Shown here: positions 52,401 through 64,000 of the stretch, one piece after another
Position numbering within the stretch: the first letter of the stretch is position 1
How the letters are laid out: every line of letters begins with the position of its first letter
Assembly (NCBI GenBank): GCA_964016885.1
Contig: OZ024757.1
Location: forward strand, 15,376,001 to 15,440,000
From: Eledone cirrhosa
Lineage: Eukaryota
Reading direction: 5' to 3'
Length of the DNA stretch: 64,000 nt
The notes under the pieces: model-generated
What the model saw: the letters and a program-made list of their open reading frames with translations, nothing else
Database searches by the model: none
Told to the model about the DNA's origin: nothing
Program-made: the position numbers and the translations under genes

Positions 52401-55400
52401 GGGTCTCATGGACTGCTGGGAGGAAGGGAAGAAGGTATCCTTGGTTACAGGGTCTCGTGGACTGCTGGGAGGAAGGGAAGAAGCTTGGTTACAGGGTCTC
52501 ATGGACTGCTGGGAGGAAGGGAAGAAGGTATCCTTGGTTACAGGGTCTCGTGGACTGCTGGGAGGAAGGGAAGAAGGTATCCTTGGTTACAGGGTCTCGT
52601 GGACTGCTAGGAGGAAGGGAAGAAGCTTGGTTACAGGGTCTCATGGACTGCTGGGTGGAAGGGAAGAAGCTTGGTTACAGGGTCTCATGGACTGCTGGGA
52701 GGAAGGGAAGAAGGTATCCTTGGTTACAGGGTCTCGTGGACTGCTGGGAGGAAGGGAAGAAGGTATCGTTGGTTACAGGGTCTCGTGGACTGCTGGGAGG
52801 AAGGGAAGAAGCTTGGTTACAGGGTCTCATGGACTGCTGGGAGGAAGGGAAGAAGCTATCCTTGGTTACAGGGTCTCATGGACTGCTGGGAGGAAGGGAA
52901 GAAGCTATCCTTGGTTACAGGGTCTCGTGGACTGTTGGGAGGAAGGGAAGAAGCTATCCTTGGTTACAGGGTCTCGTGGACTGCTGGGTGGAAGGGAAGA
53001 AGCTATCCTTGGTTACAGGGTCTCATGGACTGCTGGGAGGAAGGGAAGAAGCTATCCTTGGTTACAGGGTCTCGTGGACTGCTGGGAGGAAGGGAAGAAG
53101 CTATCCTTGGTTACAGGGTCTCGTGGACTGCTGGGTGGAAGGGAAGAAGCTATCCTTGGTTACAGGGTCTCGTGGACTGCTGGGTGGAAGGGAAGAAGCT
53201 ATCCTTGGTTACAGGGTCTCGTGGACTGTTGGGAGGAAGGGAAGAAGCTATCCTTGGTTACAGGGTCTCGTGGACTGCTGGGTGGAAGGGAAGAAGCTAT
53301 CCTTGGTTACAGGGTCTCGTGGACTGCTGGGTGGAAGGGAAGAAGCTATCATTGGTTACAGGGTCTCGTGGACTGTTGGGAGGAAGGGAAGAAGCTATCC
53401 TTGGTTACAGGGTCTCGTGGACTGCTGGGTGGAAGGGAAGAAGCTATCCTTGGTTACAGGGTCTCATGGACTGCTGGGAGGAAGGGAAGAAGCTATCCTT
53501 GGTTACAGGGTCTCGTGGACTGTTGGGAGGAAGGGAAGAAGCTATCCTTGGTTACAGGGTCTCATGGACTGCTGGGAGGAAGGGAAGAAGCTATCCTTGG
53601 TTACAGGGTCTCAGGGACTGCTGGGAGGAAGGGAAGAAGCTATCCCTGGTTACAGGGTCTCATGGACTGCTGGGTGGAAGGGAAGAAGCTTGGTTACAGG
53701 GTCTCGTGGACTGCTGGGTGGAAGGGAAGAAGCTATCCTTGGTTACAGGGTCTCGTGGACTGCTGGGAGGAAGGGAAGAAGCTATCCTTGGTTACAGGGT
53801 CTCGTGGACTGCTGGGAGGAAGGGAAGAAGCTTGGTTACAGGGTCTCGTGGACTGCTGGGAGGAAGGGAAGAAGCTATCCCTGGTTACAGGGTCTCATGG
53901 ACTGCTGGGTGGAAGGGAAGAAGCTATCCTTGGTTACAGGGTCTCATGGACTGCTGGGAGGAAGGGGAGAAGCTATCCTTGGTTACAGGGTCTCAGAGAC
54001 TGCTGGGAGGAAGGGAAGAAGCTATCCTCGGTTACAGGGTCTCATGGACTGCTGGGAGGAAGGGAAGAAGCTTGGTTACAGGGTCTCATGGACTGCTGGG
54101 AGGAAGGGAAGAAGCTTGGTTACAGGGTCTCATGGACTGCTGGGAGGAAGGGAAGAAGGTATCCATGGTTACAGGGTCTCGTGGACTGCTGGGAGGAAGG
54201 GAAGAAGCTTGGTTACAGGGTCTCATGGACTGCTGGGAGGAAGGGAAGAAGGTATCCTTGGTTACAGGGTCTCGTGGACTGCTGGGAGGAAGGGAAGAAG
54301 GTATCCTTGGTTACAGGGTCTCGTGGACTGCTGGGTGGAAGGGAAGAAGCTTGGTTACAGGGTCTCATGGACTGCTGGGAGGAAGGGAAGAAGGTATCCT
54401 TGGTTACAGGGTCTCATGGACTGCTGGGTGGAAGGGAAGAAGCTTGGTTACAGGGTCTCATGGACTGCTGGGAGGAAGGGAAGAAGGTATCCTTGGTTAC
54501 AGGGTCTCGTGGACTGCTGGGAGGAAGGGAAGAAGCTTGGTTACAGGGTCTCATGGACTGCTGGGAGGAAGGGAAGAAGCTTGGTTACAGGGTCTCATGG
54601 ACTGCTGGGAGGAAGGGAAGAAGGTATCCTTGGTTACAGGGTCTCGTGGACTGCTGGGAGGAAGGGAAGAAGCTTGGTTACAGGGTCTCATGGACTGCTG
54701 GGAGGAAGGGAAGAAGGTATCCTTGGTTACAGGGTCTCGTGGACTGCTGGGAGGAAGGGAAGAAGGTATCCTTGGTTACAGGGTCTCGTGGACTGCTAGG
54801 AGGAAGGGAAGAAGCTTGGTTACAGGGTCTCATGGACTGCTGGGTGGAAGGGAAGAAGCTTGGTTACAGGGTCTCATGGACTGCTGGGAGGAAGGGAAGA
54901 AGGTATCCTTGGTTACAGGGTCTCGTGGACTGCTGGGAGGAAGGGAAGAAGGTATCCTTGGTTACAGGGTCTCGTGGACTGCTGGGAGGAAGGGAAGAAG
55001 CTTGGTTACAGGGTCTCATGGACTGCTGGGAGGAAGGGAAGAAGCTATCCTTGGTTACAGGGTCTCATGGACTGCTGGGAGGAAGGGAAGAAGCTATCCT
55101 TGGTTACAGGGTCTCGTGGACTGTTGGGAGGAAGGGAAGAAGCTATCCTTGGTTACAGGGTCTCGTGGACTGCTGGGTGGAAGGGAAGAAGCTATCCTTG
55201 GTTACAGGGTCTCATGGACTGCTGGGAGGAAGGGAAGAAGCTATCCTTGGTTACAGGGTCTCGTGGACTGCTGGGTGGAAGGGAAGAAGCTATCCTTGGT
55301 TACAGGGTCTCGTGGACTGCTGGGTGGAAGGGAAGAAGCTATCCTTGGTTACGGGGTCTCGTGGACTGTTGGGAGGAAGGGAAGAAGCTATCCTTGGTTA

Positions 55401-58400
55401 CAGGGTCTCGTGGACTGCTGGGTGGAAGGGAAGAAGCTATCCTTGGTTACAGGGTCTCGTGGACTGCTGGGTGGAAGGGAAGAAGCTATCCTTGGTTACA
55501 GGGTCTCGTGGACTGTTGGGAGGAAGGGAAGAAGCTATCCTTGGTTACAGGTTCTCGTGGACTGCTGGGTGGAAGGGAAGAAGCTATCCTTGGTTACAGG
55601 GTCTCATGGACTGCTGGGAGGAAGGGAAGAAGCTATCCTTGGTTACAGGGTCTCGTGGACTGTTGGGAGGAAGGGAAGAAGCTATCCTTGGTTACAGGGT
55701 CTCATGGACTGCTGGGAGGAAGGGAAGAAGCTATCCTTGGTTACAGGGTCTCAGGGACTGCTGGGAGGAAGGGAAGAAGCTATCCCTGGTTACAGGGTCT
55801 CATGGACTGCTGGGTGGAAGGGAAGAAGCTTGGTTACAGGGTCTCGTGGACTGCTGGGTGGAAGGGAAGAAGCTATCCTTGGTTACAGGGTCTCGTGGAC
55901 TGCTGGGAGGAAGGGAAGAAGCTATCCTTGGTTACAGGGTCTCGTGGACTGCTGGGAGGAAGGGAAGAAGCTTGGTTACAGGGTCTCGTGGACTGCTGGG
56001 AGGAAGGGAAGAAGCTATCCCTGGTTACAGGGTCTCATGGACTGCTGGGTGGAAGGGAAGAAGCTATCCTTGGTTACAGGGTCTCATGGACTGCTGGGAG
56101 GAAGGGGAGAAGCTATCCTTGGTTACAGGGTCTCAGGGACTGCTGGGAGGAAGGGAAGAAGCTATCCTCGGTTACAGGGTCTCATGGACTGCTGGGAGGA
56201 AGGGAAGAAGCTTGGTTACAGGGTCTCGTGGACTGCTGGGAGGAAGGGAAGAAGCTATCCCTGGTTACAGGGTCTCGTGGACTGCTGGGAGGAAGGGAAG
56301 AAGCTTGGTTACAGGGTCTCGTGGACTGCTGTGAGGAAGGGAAGAAGCTATCCCTGGTTACAGGGTCTCATGGACTGCTGGGAGGAAGGGGAGAAGCTAT
56401 CCTTGGTTACAGGGTCTCGTGGACTGTTGGGAGGAAGGGAAGAAGCTATCCTTGGTTACAGGGTCTCATGGACTGCTGGGAGGAAGGGGAGAAGCTATCC
56501 TTGGTTACAGGGTCTCATGGACTGCTGGGAGAAAGGGGAGAAGCAATCCTTGGTTACAGGGTCTCATGGACTGCTGGGAGGAAGGGGAGAAGCTATCCTT
56601 GGTTACAAGGTCTCGTGGACTGCTCGGTGGAAGGGAAGAAGCTATCCCTGGTTACAGGGTTTCATGGACTGCTGGGTGGAAGGGAAGAAGCTATCCCTGG
56701 TTACAGGGTCTCGTGGACTGCTGGGAGGAAGGGGAGAAGCTATCCTTGGTTACAGGGTCTCGTGGACTGCTGGGTGGAAGGGAAGAAGCTATCCTTGGTT
56801 ACAGGGTCTCATGGACTGCTGGGAGGAAGGGAAGAAGCTATCCCTGGTTACAGGGTCTCGTGGACTGCTGGGAGGAAGGGAAGAAGCTATCCCTGGTTAC
56901 AGGGTCTCGTGGACTGCTGGGAGGAAGGGAAGAAGCTATCCCTGGTTACAGGGTCTCGTGGACTGCTGGGAGGAAGGGAAGAAGCTATCCCTGGTTACAG
57001 GGTCTCGTGGACTGCTGGGAGGAAGGGAAGAAGCTTGGTTACAGGGTCTCATGGACTGCTGGGAGGAAGAGAAGAAGCTATCCCTGGTTACAGGGTCTCA
57101 TGGACTGCTGGGTGGAAGGGAAGAAGCTATCCTTGGTTACAGGGTCTCATGGACTGCTGGGAGGAAGGGGAGAAGCTATCCTTGGTTACAGGGTCTCATG
57201 GACTGCTGGGAGGAAGGGAAGAAGCTTGGTTACAGGGTCTCATGGACTGCTGGGAGGAAGGGGAGAAGCTATCCTTGGTTACAGGGTCTCGTGGACTGCT
57301 GGGAGGAAGGGGAGAAGCTATCCTTGGTTACAGGGTCTCATGGACTGCTGGGAGGAAGGGGAGAAGCTATCCTTGGTTACAGGGTCTCATGGACTGCTGG
57401 GTGGAAGGGGAGAAGCTATCCTTGGTTACAGGGTCTCGTGGACTGCTGGGAGGAAGGGGAGAAGCTATCCTTGGTTACAGGGTCTCTTGGACTGCTGGGA
57501 GGAAGGGGAGAAGCTATCCTTGGTTACAGGGTCTCATGGACTGCTGGGAGGAAGGGGAGAAGCTATCCTTGGTTACAGGGTCTCATGGACTGCTGGGTGG
57601 AAGGGGAGAAGCTATCCTTGGTTACAGGGTCTCGTGGACTGCTGGGAGGAAGGGAGAAGCTATCCTTGGTTACAGGGTCTCATGGACTGCTGGGAGGAAG
57701 GGAAGAAGCTATCCCTGGTTACAGGGTCTCGTGGACTGCTGGGAGGAAGGGAAGAAGCTTGGTTACAGGGTCTCGTGGACTGCTGGGAGGAAGGGAAGAA
57801 GCTATCCCTGGTTACAGGGTCTCGTGGACTGCTGGGAGGAAGGGAAGAAGCTTGGTTACAGGGTCTCGTGGACTGCTGGGAGGAAGGGAAGAAGCTATCC
57901 CTGGTTACAGGGTCTCGTGGACTGCTGGGAGGAAGGGAAGAAGCTATCCCTGGTTACAGGGTCTCAGGGACTGCTGGGAGGAAGGGGAGAAGCTATCCCT
58001 GGTTACAGGGTCTCGTGGACTGCTGGGAGGAAGGGGAGAAGCTATCCCTGGTTACAGGGTCTCGTGGACTGCTGGGAGGAAGGGGAGAAGCTATCCCTGG
58101 TTACAGGGTCTCGTGGACTGCTGGGAGGAAGGGAAGAAGCTATCCCTGGTTACAGGGTCTCGTGGACTGCTGGGAGGAAGGGGAGAAGCTATCCCTGGTT
58201 ACAGGGTCTCGTGGACTGCTGGGAGGAAGGGGAGAAGCTATCCCTGGTTACAGGGTCTCGTGGACTGTTGGGAGGAAGGGGAGAAGCTATCCTTGGTTAC
58301 AGGGTCTCGTGGACTGCTGGGAGGAAGGGAAGAAGCTTGGTTACAGGGTCTCGTGGACTGCTGGGAGGAAGGGAAGAAGCTATCCCTGGTTACAGGGTCT

Positions 58401-61400
58401 CGTGGACTGCTGGGAGGAAGGGAAGAAGCTATCCCTGGTTACAGGGTCTCGTGGACTGCTGGGAGGAAGGGAAGAAGCTTGGTTACAGGGTCTCGTGGAC
58501 TGCTGGGAGGAAGGGAAGAAGCTTGGTTACAGGGTCTCGTGGACTGCTGGGTGGAAGGGAAGAAGCTTGGTTACAGGGTCTCGTGGACTGCTGGGAGGAA
58601 GGGGAGAAGCTATCCTTGGTTACAAGGTCTCGTGGACTGCTCGGTGGAAGGGAAGAAGCTATCCCTGGTTACAGGGTTTCATGGACTGCTGGGTGGAAGG
58701 GAAGAAGCTATCCCTGGTTACAGGGTCTCGTGGACTGCTGGGAGGAAGGGGAGAAGCTATCCTTGGTTACAGGGTCTCGTGGACTGCTGGGTGGAAGGGA
58801 AGAAGCTATCCTTGGTTACAGGGTCTCATGGACTGCTGGGAGGAAGGGAAGAAGCTATCCCTGGTTACAGGGTCTCGTGGACTGCTGGGAGGAAGGGAAG
58901 AAGCTATCCCTGGTTACAGGGTCTCGTGGACTGCTGGGAGGAAGGGAAGAAGCTATCCCTGGTTACAGGGTCTCGTGGACTGCTGGGAGGAAGGGAAGAA
59001 GCTATCCCTGGTTACAGGGTCTCGTGGACTGCTGGGAGGAAGGGAAGAAGCTTGGTTACAGGGTCTCATGGACTGCTGGGAGGAAGAGAAGAAGCTATCC
59101 CTGGTTACAGGGTCTCATGGACTGCTGGGTGGAAGGGAAGAAGCTATCCTTGGTTACAGGGTCTCATGGACTGCTGGGAGGAAGGGGAGAAGCTATCCTT
59201 GGTTACAGGGTCTCATGGACTGCTGGGAGGAAGGGAAGAAGCTTGGTTACAGGGTCTCATGGACTGCTGGGAGGAAGGGGAGAAGCTATCCTTGGTTACA
59301 GGGTCTCGTGGACTGCTGGGAGGAAGGGGAGAAGCTATCCTTGGTTACAGGGTCTCATGGACTGCTGGGAGGAAGGGGAGAAGCTATCCTTGGTTACAGG
59401 GTCTCATGGACTGCTGGGTGGAAGGGGAGAAGCTATCCTTGGTTACAGGGTCTCGTGGACTGCTGGGAGGAAGGGGAGAAGCTATCCTTGGTTACAGGGT
59501 CTCTTGGACTGCTGGGAGGAAGGGGAGAAGCTATCCTTGGTTACAGGGTCTCATGGACTGCTGGGAGGAAGGGGAGAAGCTATCCTTGGTTACAGGGTCT
59601 CATGGACTGCTGGGTGGAAGGGGAGAAGCTATCCTTGGTTACAGGGTCTCGTGGACTGCTGGGAGGAAGGGAGAAGCTATCCTTGGTTACAGGGTCTCAT
59701 GGACTGCTGGGAGGAAGGGAAGAAGCTATCCCTGGTTACAGGGTCTCGTGGACTGCTGGGAGGAAGGGAAGAAGCTTGGTTACAGGGTCTCGTGGACTGC
59801 TGGGAGGAAGGGAAGAAGCTATCCCTGGTTACAGGGTCTCGTGGACTGCTGGGAGGAAGGGAAGAAGCTTGGTTACAGGGTCTCGTGGACTGCTGGGAGG
59901 AAGGGAAGAAGCTATCCCTGGTTACAGGGTCTCGTGGACTGCTGGGAGGAAGGGAAGAAGCTATCCCTGGTTACAGGGTCTCAGGGACTGCTGGGAGGAA
60001 GGGGAGAAGCTATCCCTGGTTACAGGGTCTCGTGGACTGCTGGGAGGAAGGGGAGAAGCTATCCCTGGTTACAGGGTCTCGTGGACTGCTGGGAGGAAGG
60101 GGAGAAGCTATCCCTGGTTACAGGGTCTCGTGGACTGCTGGGAGGAAGGGAAGAAGCTATCCCTGGTTACAGGGTCTCGTGGACTGCTGGGAGGAAGGGG
60201 AGAAGCTATCCCTGGTTACAGGGTCTCGTGGACTGCTGGGAGGAAGGGGAGAAGCTATCCCTGGTTACAGGGTCTCGTGGACTGTTGGGAGGAAGGGGAG
60301 AAGCTATCCTTGGTTACAGGGTCTCGTGGACTGCTGGGAGGAAGGGAAGAAGCTTGGTTACAGGGTCTCGTGGACTGCTGGGAGGAAGGGAAGAAGCTAT
60401 CCCTGGTTACAGGGTCTCGTGGACTGCTGGGAGGAAGGGAAGAAGCTATCCCTGGTTACAGGGTCTCGTGGACTGCTGGGAGGAAGGGAAGAAGCTTGGT
60501 TACAGGGTCTCGTGGACTGCTGGGAGGAAGGGAAGAAGCTTGGTTACAGGGTCTCGTGGACTGCTGGGTGGAAGGGAAGAAGCTTGGTTACAGGGTCTCG
60601 TGGACTGCTGGGAGGAAGGGAAGAAGCTTGGTTACAGGGTCTCGTGGACTGCTGGGTGGAAGGGAAGAAGCTATCCCTGGTTACAGGGTCTCTTGGACTG
60701 CTGGGAGGAAGGGAAGAAGCTTGGTTACAGGGTCTCGTGGACTGCTGGGAGGAAGGGAAGAAGCTTGGTTACAGGGTCTCGTGGACTGCTGGGTGGAAGG
60801 GAAGAAGCTATCCCTGGTTACAGGGTCTCGTGGACTGCTGGGAGGAAGGGAAGAAGCTTGGTTACAGGGTCTCGTGGACTGCTGGGAGGAAGGGAAGAAG
60901 CTATCCCTGGTTACAGGGTCTCGTGGACTGCTGGGAGGAAGGGAAGAAGCTATCCCTGGTTACAGGGTCTCGTGGACTGCTGGGAGGAAGGGAAGAAGCT
61001 TGGTTACAGGGTCTCGTGGACTGCTGGGTGGAAGGGAAGAAGCTATCCCTGGTTACAGGGTCTCGTGGACTGCTGGGAGGAAGGGAAGAAGCTATCCCTG
61101 GTTACAGGGTCTCGTGGACTGCTGGGAGGAAGGGAAGAAGCTTGGTTACAGGGTCTCGTGGACTGCTGGGTGGAAGGGAAGAAGCTATCGCTGGTTACAG
61201 GGTCTCAGGGACTGCTGGGAGGAAGGGAAGAAGCTTGGTTACAGGGTCTCGTGGACTGCTGGGAGGAAGGGAAGAAGCTTGGTTACAGGGTCTCGTGGAC
61301 TGCTGGGAGGAAGGGAAGAAGCTTGGTTACAGGGTCTCGTGGACTGCTGGGAGGAAGGGAAGAAGCTTGGTTACAGGGTCTCGTGGACTGCTGGGAGGAA

Positions 61401-64000
61401 GGGAAGAAGCTTGGTTACAGGGTCTCGTGGACTGCTGGGAGGAAGGGAAGAAGCTTGGTTACAGGGTCTCGTGGACTGCTGGGTGGAAGGGAAGAAGCTA
61501 TCCTTGGTTACAGGGTCTCGTGGACTGCTGGGAGGAAGGGAAGAAGCTATCCCTGGTTACAGGGTCTCGTGGACTGCTGGGAGGAAGGGAAGAAGCTATC
61601 CCTGGTTACAGGGTCTCGTGGACTGCTGGGAGGAAGGGAAGAAGCTATCCCTGGTTACAGGGTCTCGTGGACTGCTGGGAGGAAGGGAAGAAGCTATCCC
61701 TGGTTACAGGGTCTCGTGGACTGCTGGGAGGAAGGGAAGAAGCTTGGTTACAGGGTCTCGTGGACTGCTGGGAGGAAGGGAAGAAGCTTGGTTACAGGGT
61801 CTCGTGGACTGCTGGGTGGAAGGGAAGAAGCTATCCCTGGTTACAGGGTCTCGTGGACTGCTGGGTGGAAGGGAAGAAGCTTGGTTACAGGGTCTCGTGG
61901 ACTGCTGGGTGGAAGGGAAGAAGCTTGGTTACAGGGTCTCGTGGACTGCTGGGAGGAAGGGAAGAAGCTATCCCTGGTTACAGGGTCTCGTGGACTGCTG
62001 GGTGGAAGGGAAGAAGCTTGGTTACAGGGTCTCGTGGACTGCTGGGAGGAAGGGAAGAAGCTTGGTTACAGGGTCTCGTGGACTGCTGGGTGGAAGGGAA
62101 GAAGCTATCCCTGGTTACAGGGTCTCGTGGACTGCTGGGAGGAAGGGAAGAAGCTTGGTTACAGGGTCTCGTGGACTGCTGGGAGGAAGGGAAGAAGCTT
62201 GGTTACAGGGTCTCGTGGACTGCTGGGTGGAAGGGAAGAAGCTATCCCTGGTTACAGGGTCTCAGGGACTGCTGGGAGGAAGGGAAGAAGCTTGGTTACA
62301 GGGTCTCGTGGACTGCTGGGAGGAAGGGAAGAAGCTTGGTTACAGGGTCTCGTGGACTGCTGGGAGGAAGGGAAGAAGCTTGGTTACAGGGTCTCGTGGA
62401 CTGCTGGGAGGAAGGGAAGAAGCTTGGTTACAGGGTCTCGTGGACTGCTGGGAGGAAGGGAAGAAGCTTGGTTACAGGGTCTCGTGGACTGCTGGGTGGA
62501 AGGGAAGAAGCTATCCTTGGTTACAGGGTCTCGTGGACTGCTGGGAGGAAGGGAAGAAGCTATCCCTGGTTACAGGGTCTCGTGGACTGCTGGGAGGAAG
62601 GGAAGAAGCTATCCCTGGTTACAGGGTCTCGTGGACTGCTGGGAGGAAGGGAAGAAGCTATCCCTGGTTACAGGGTCTCGTGGACTGCTGGGAGGAAGGG
62701 AAGAAGCTTGGTTACAGGGTCTCGTGGACTGCTGGGAGGAAGGGAAGAAGCTTGGTTACAGGGTCTCGTGGACTGCTGGGTGGAAGGGAAGAAGCTTGGT
62801 TACAGGGTCTCGTGGACTGCTGGGAGGAAGGGAAGAAGCTTGGTTACAGGGTCTCGTGGACTGCTGGGTGGAAGGGAAGAAGCTATCCCTGGTTACAGGG
62901 TCTCGTGGACTGCTGGGAGGAAGGGAAGAAGCTTGGTTACAGGGTCTCGTGGACTGCTGGGAGGAAGGGAAGAAGCTAGGTTACAGGGTCTCGTGGACTG
63001 CTGGGTGGAAGGGAAGAAGCTATCCCTGGTTACAGGGTCTCGTGGACTGCTGGGAGGAAGGGAAGAAGCTATCCCTGGTTACAGGGTCTCGTGGACTGCT
63101 GGGAGGAAGGGAAGAAGCTATCCCTGGTTACAGGGTCTCGTGGACTGCTGGGAGGAAGGGAAGAAGCTATCCCTGGTTACAGGGTCTCGTGGACTGCTGG
63201 GAGGAAGGGAAGAAGCTTGGTTACAGGGTCTCGTGGACTGCTGGGAGGAAGGGAAGAAGCTTGGTTACAGGGTCTCGTGGACTGCTGGGTGGAAGGGAAG
63301 AAGCTATCCCTGGTTACAGGGTCTCGTGGACTGCTGGGAGGAAGGGAAGAAGCTTGGTTACAGGGTCTCGTGGACTGCTGGGAGGAAGGGAAGAAGCTAT
63401 CCCTGGTTACAGGGTCTCGTGGACTGCTGGGAGGAAGGGAAGAAGCTATCCCTGGTTACAGGGTCTCGTGGACTGCTGGGAGGAAGGGAAGAAGCTATCC
63501 CTGGTTACAGGGTCTCATGGACTGCTGGGAGGAAGGGAAGAAGCTATCCCTGGTTACAGGGTCTCATGGACTGCTGGGTGGAAGGGAAGAAGCTATCCTT
63601 GGTTACAGGGTCTCATGGACTGCTGGGAGGAAGGGGAGAAGCTATCCTTGGTTACAGGGTCTCGTGGACTGTTGGGAGGAAGGGAAGAAGCTATCCTTGG
63701 TTACAGGGTCTCATGGACTGCTGGGAGGAAGGGGAGAAGCTATCCTTGGTTACAGGGTCTCGTGGACTGTTGGGAGGAAGGGAAGAAGCTATCCTTGGTT
63801 ACAGGGTCTCATGGACTGCTGGGAGGAAGGGAAGAAGCTATCCCTGGTTACAGGGTCTCGTGGACTGCTGGGAGGAAGGGAAGAAGCTATCCCTGGTTAC
63901 AGGGTCTCGTGGACTGCTGGGAGGAAGGGAAGAAGCTATCCCTGGTTACAGGGTCTCATGGACTGCTGGGAGGAAGGGGAGAAGCTATCCATGGTTACAG
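46445..64000. repeat. 49/44-bp tandem satellite, >17.5 kb (~370 copies), extends past the window end
   Basis: Unit ggttacagggtctcgtggactgctgggaggaagggaagaagct(atcct)t, with a 5-bp indel variant. Confidence 0.99.

Noticed and set aside
46365-62979. ORFs of 941-3289 aa as protein-coding genes
   Set aside because: Same periodic peptide in all three frames; they are translations of a 49/44-bp satellite antisense to a Cav2 intron.

Overview
AT-rich animal genomic DNA, dense in (TA)n microsatellites. The repeat landscape suggests an octopus or other coleoid cephalopod (inference). The whole window lies inside one minus-strand gene, a Cav2-type (cacophony/unc-2/CACNA1A-B family) voltage-gated calcium channel alpha-1 subunit. 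By hand I could splice 11 phase-compatible exons plus one candidate microexon, running from the I-II loop through all of domain II (S1-S6, pore ILTGEDW) into the II-III loop. One intron is U12-type (31295-32614). The introns hold three large satellites (76 bp x ~81; 64/65 bp x ~38; 49/44 bp, >17 kb and running off the window), plus SINEs, piggyBac-, hAT- and mariner-type MITEs, and RTE and CRE LINE fragments. Several long, near-perfect palindromes sit in (TA)n tracts and carry Penelope-type hammerhead-like motifs. The huge ORFs in the ORF track are satellite or microsatellite artefacts. The most notable features are: (i) the hairpin/hammerhead elements near channel exons; (ii) satellites that each amplify a splicing signal in the pre-mRNA sense; (iii) partial complementarity between the two big satellites flanking domain II. 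No database searches were possible, so family names rest on recognised motifs.
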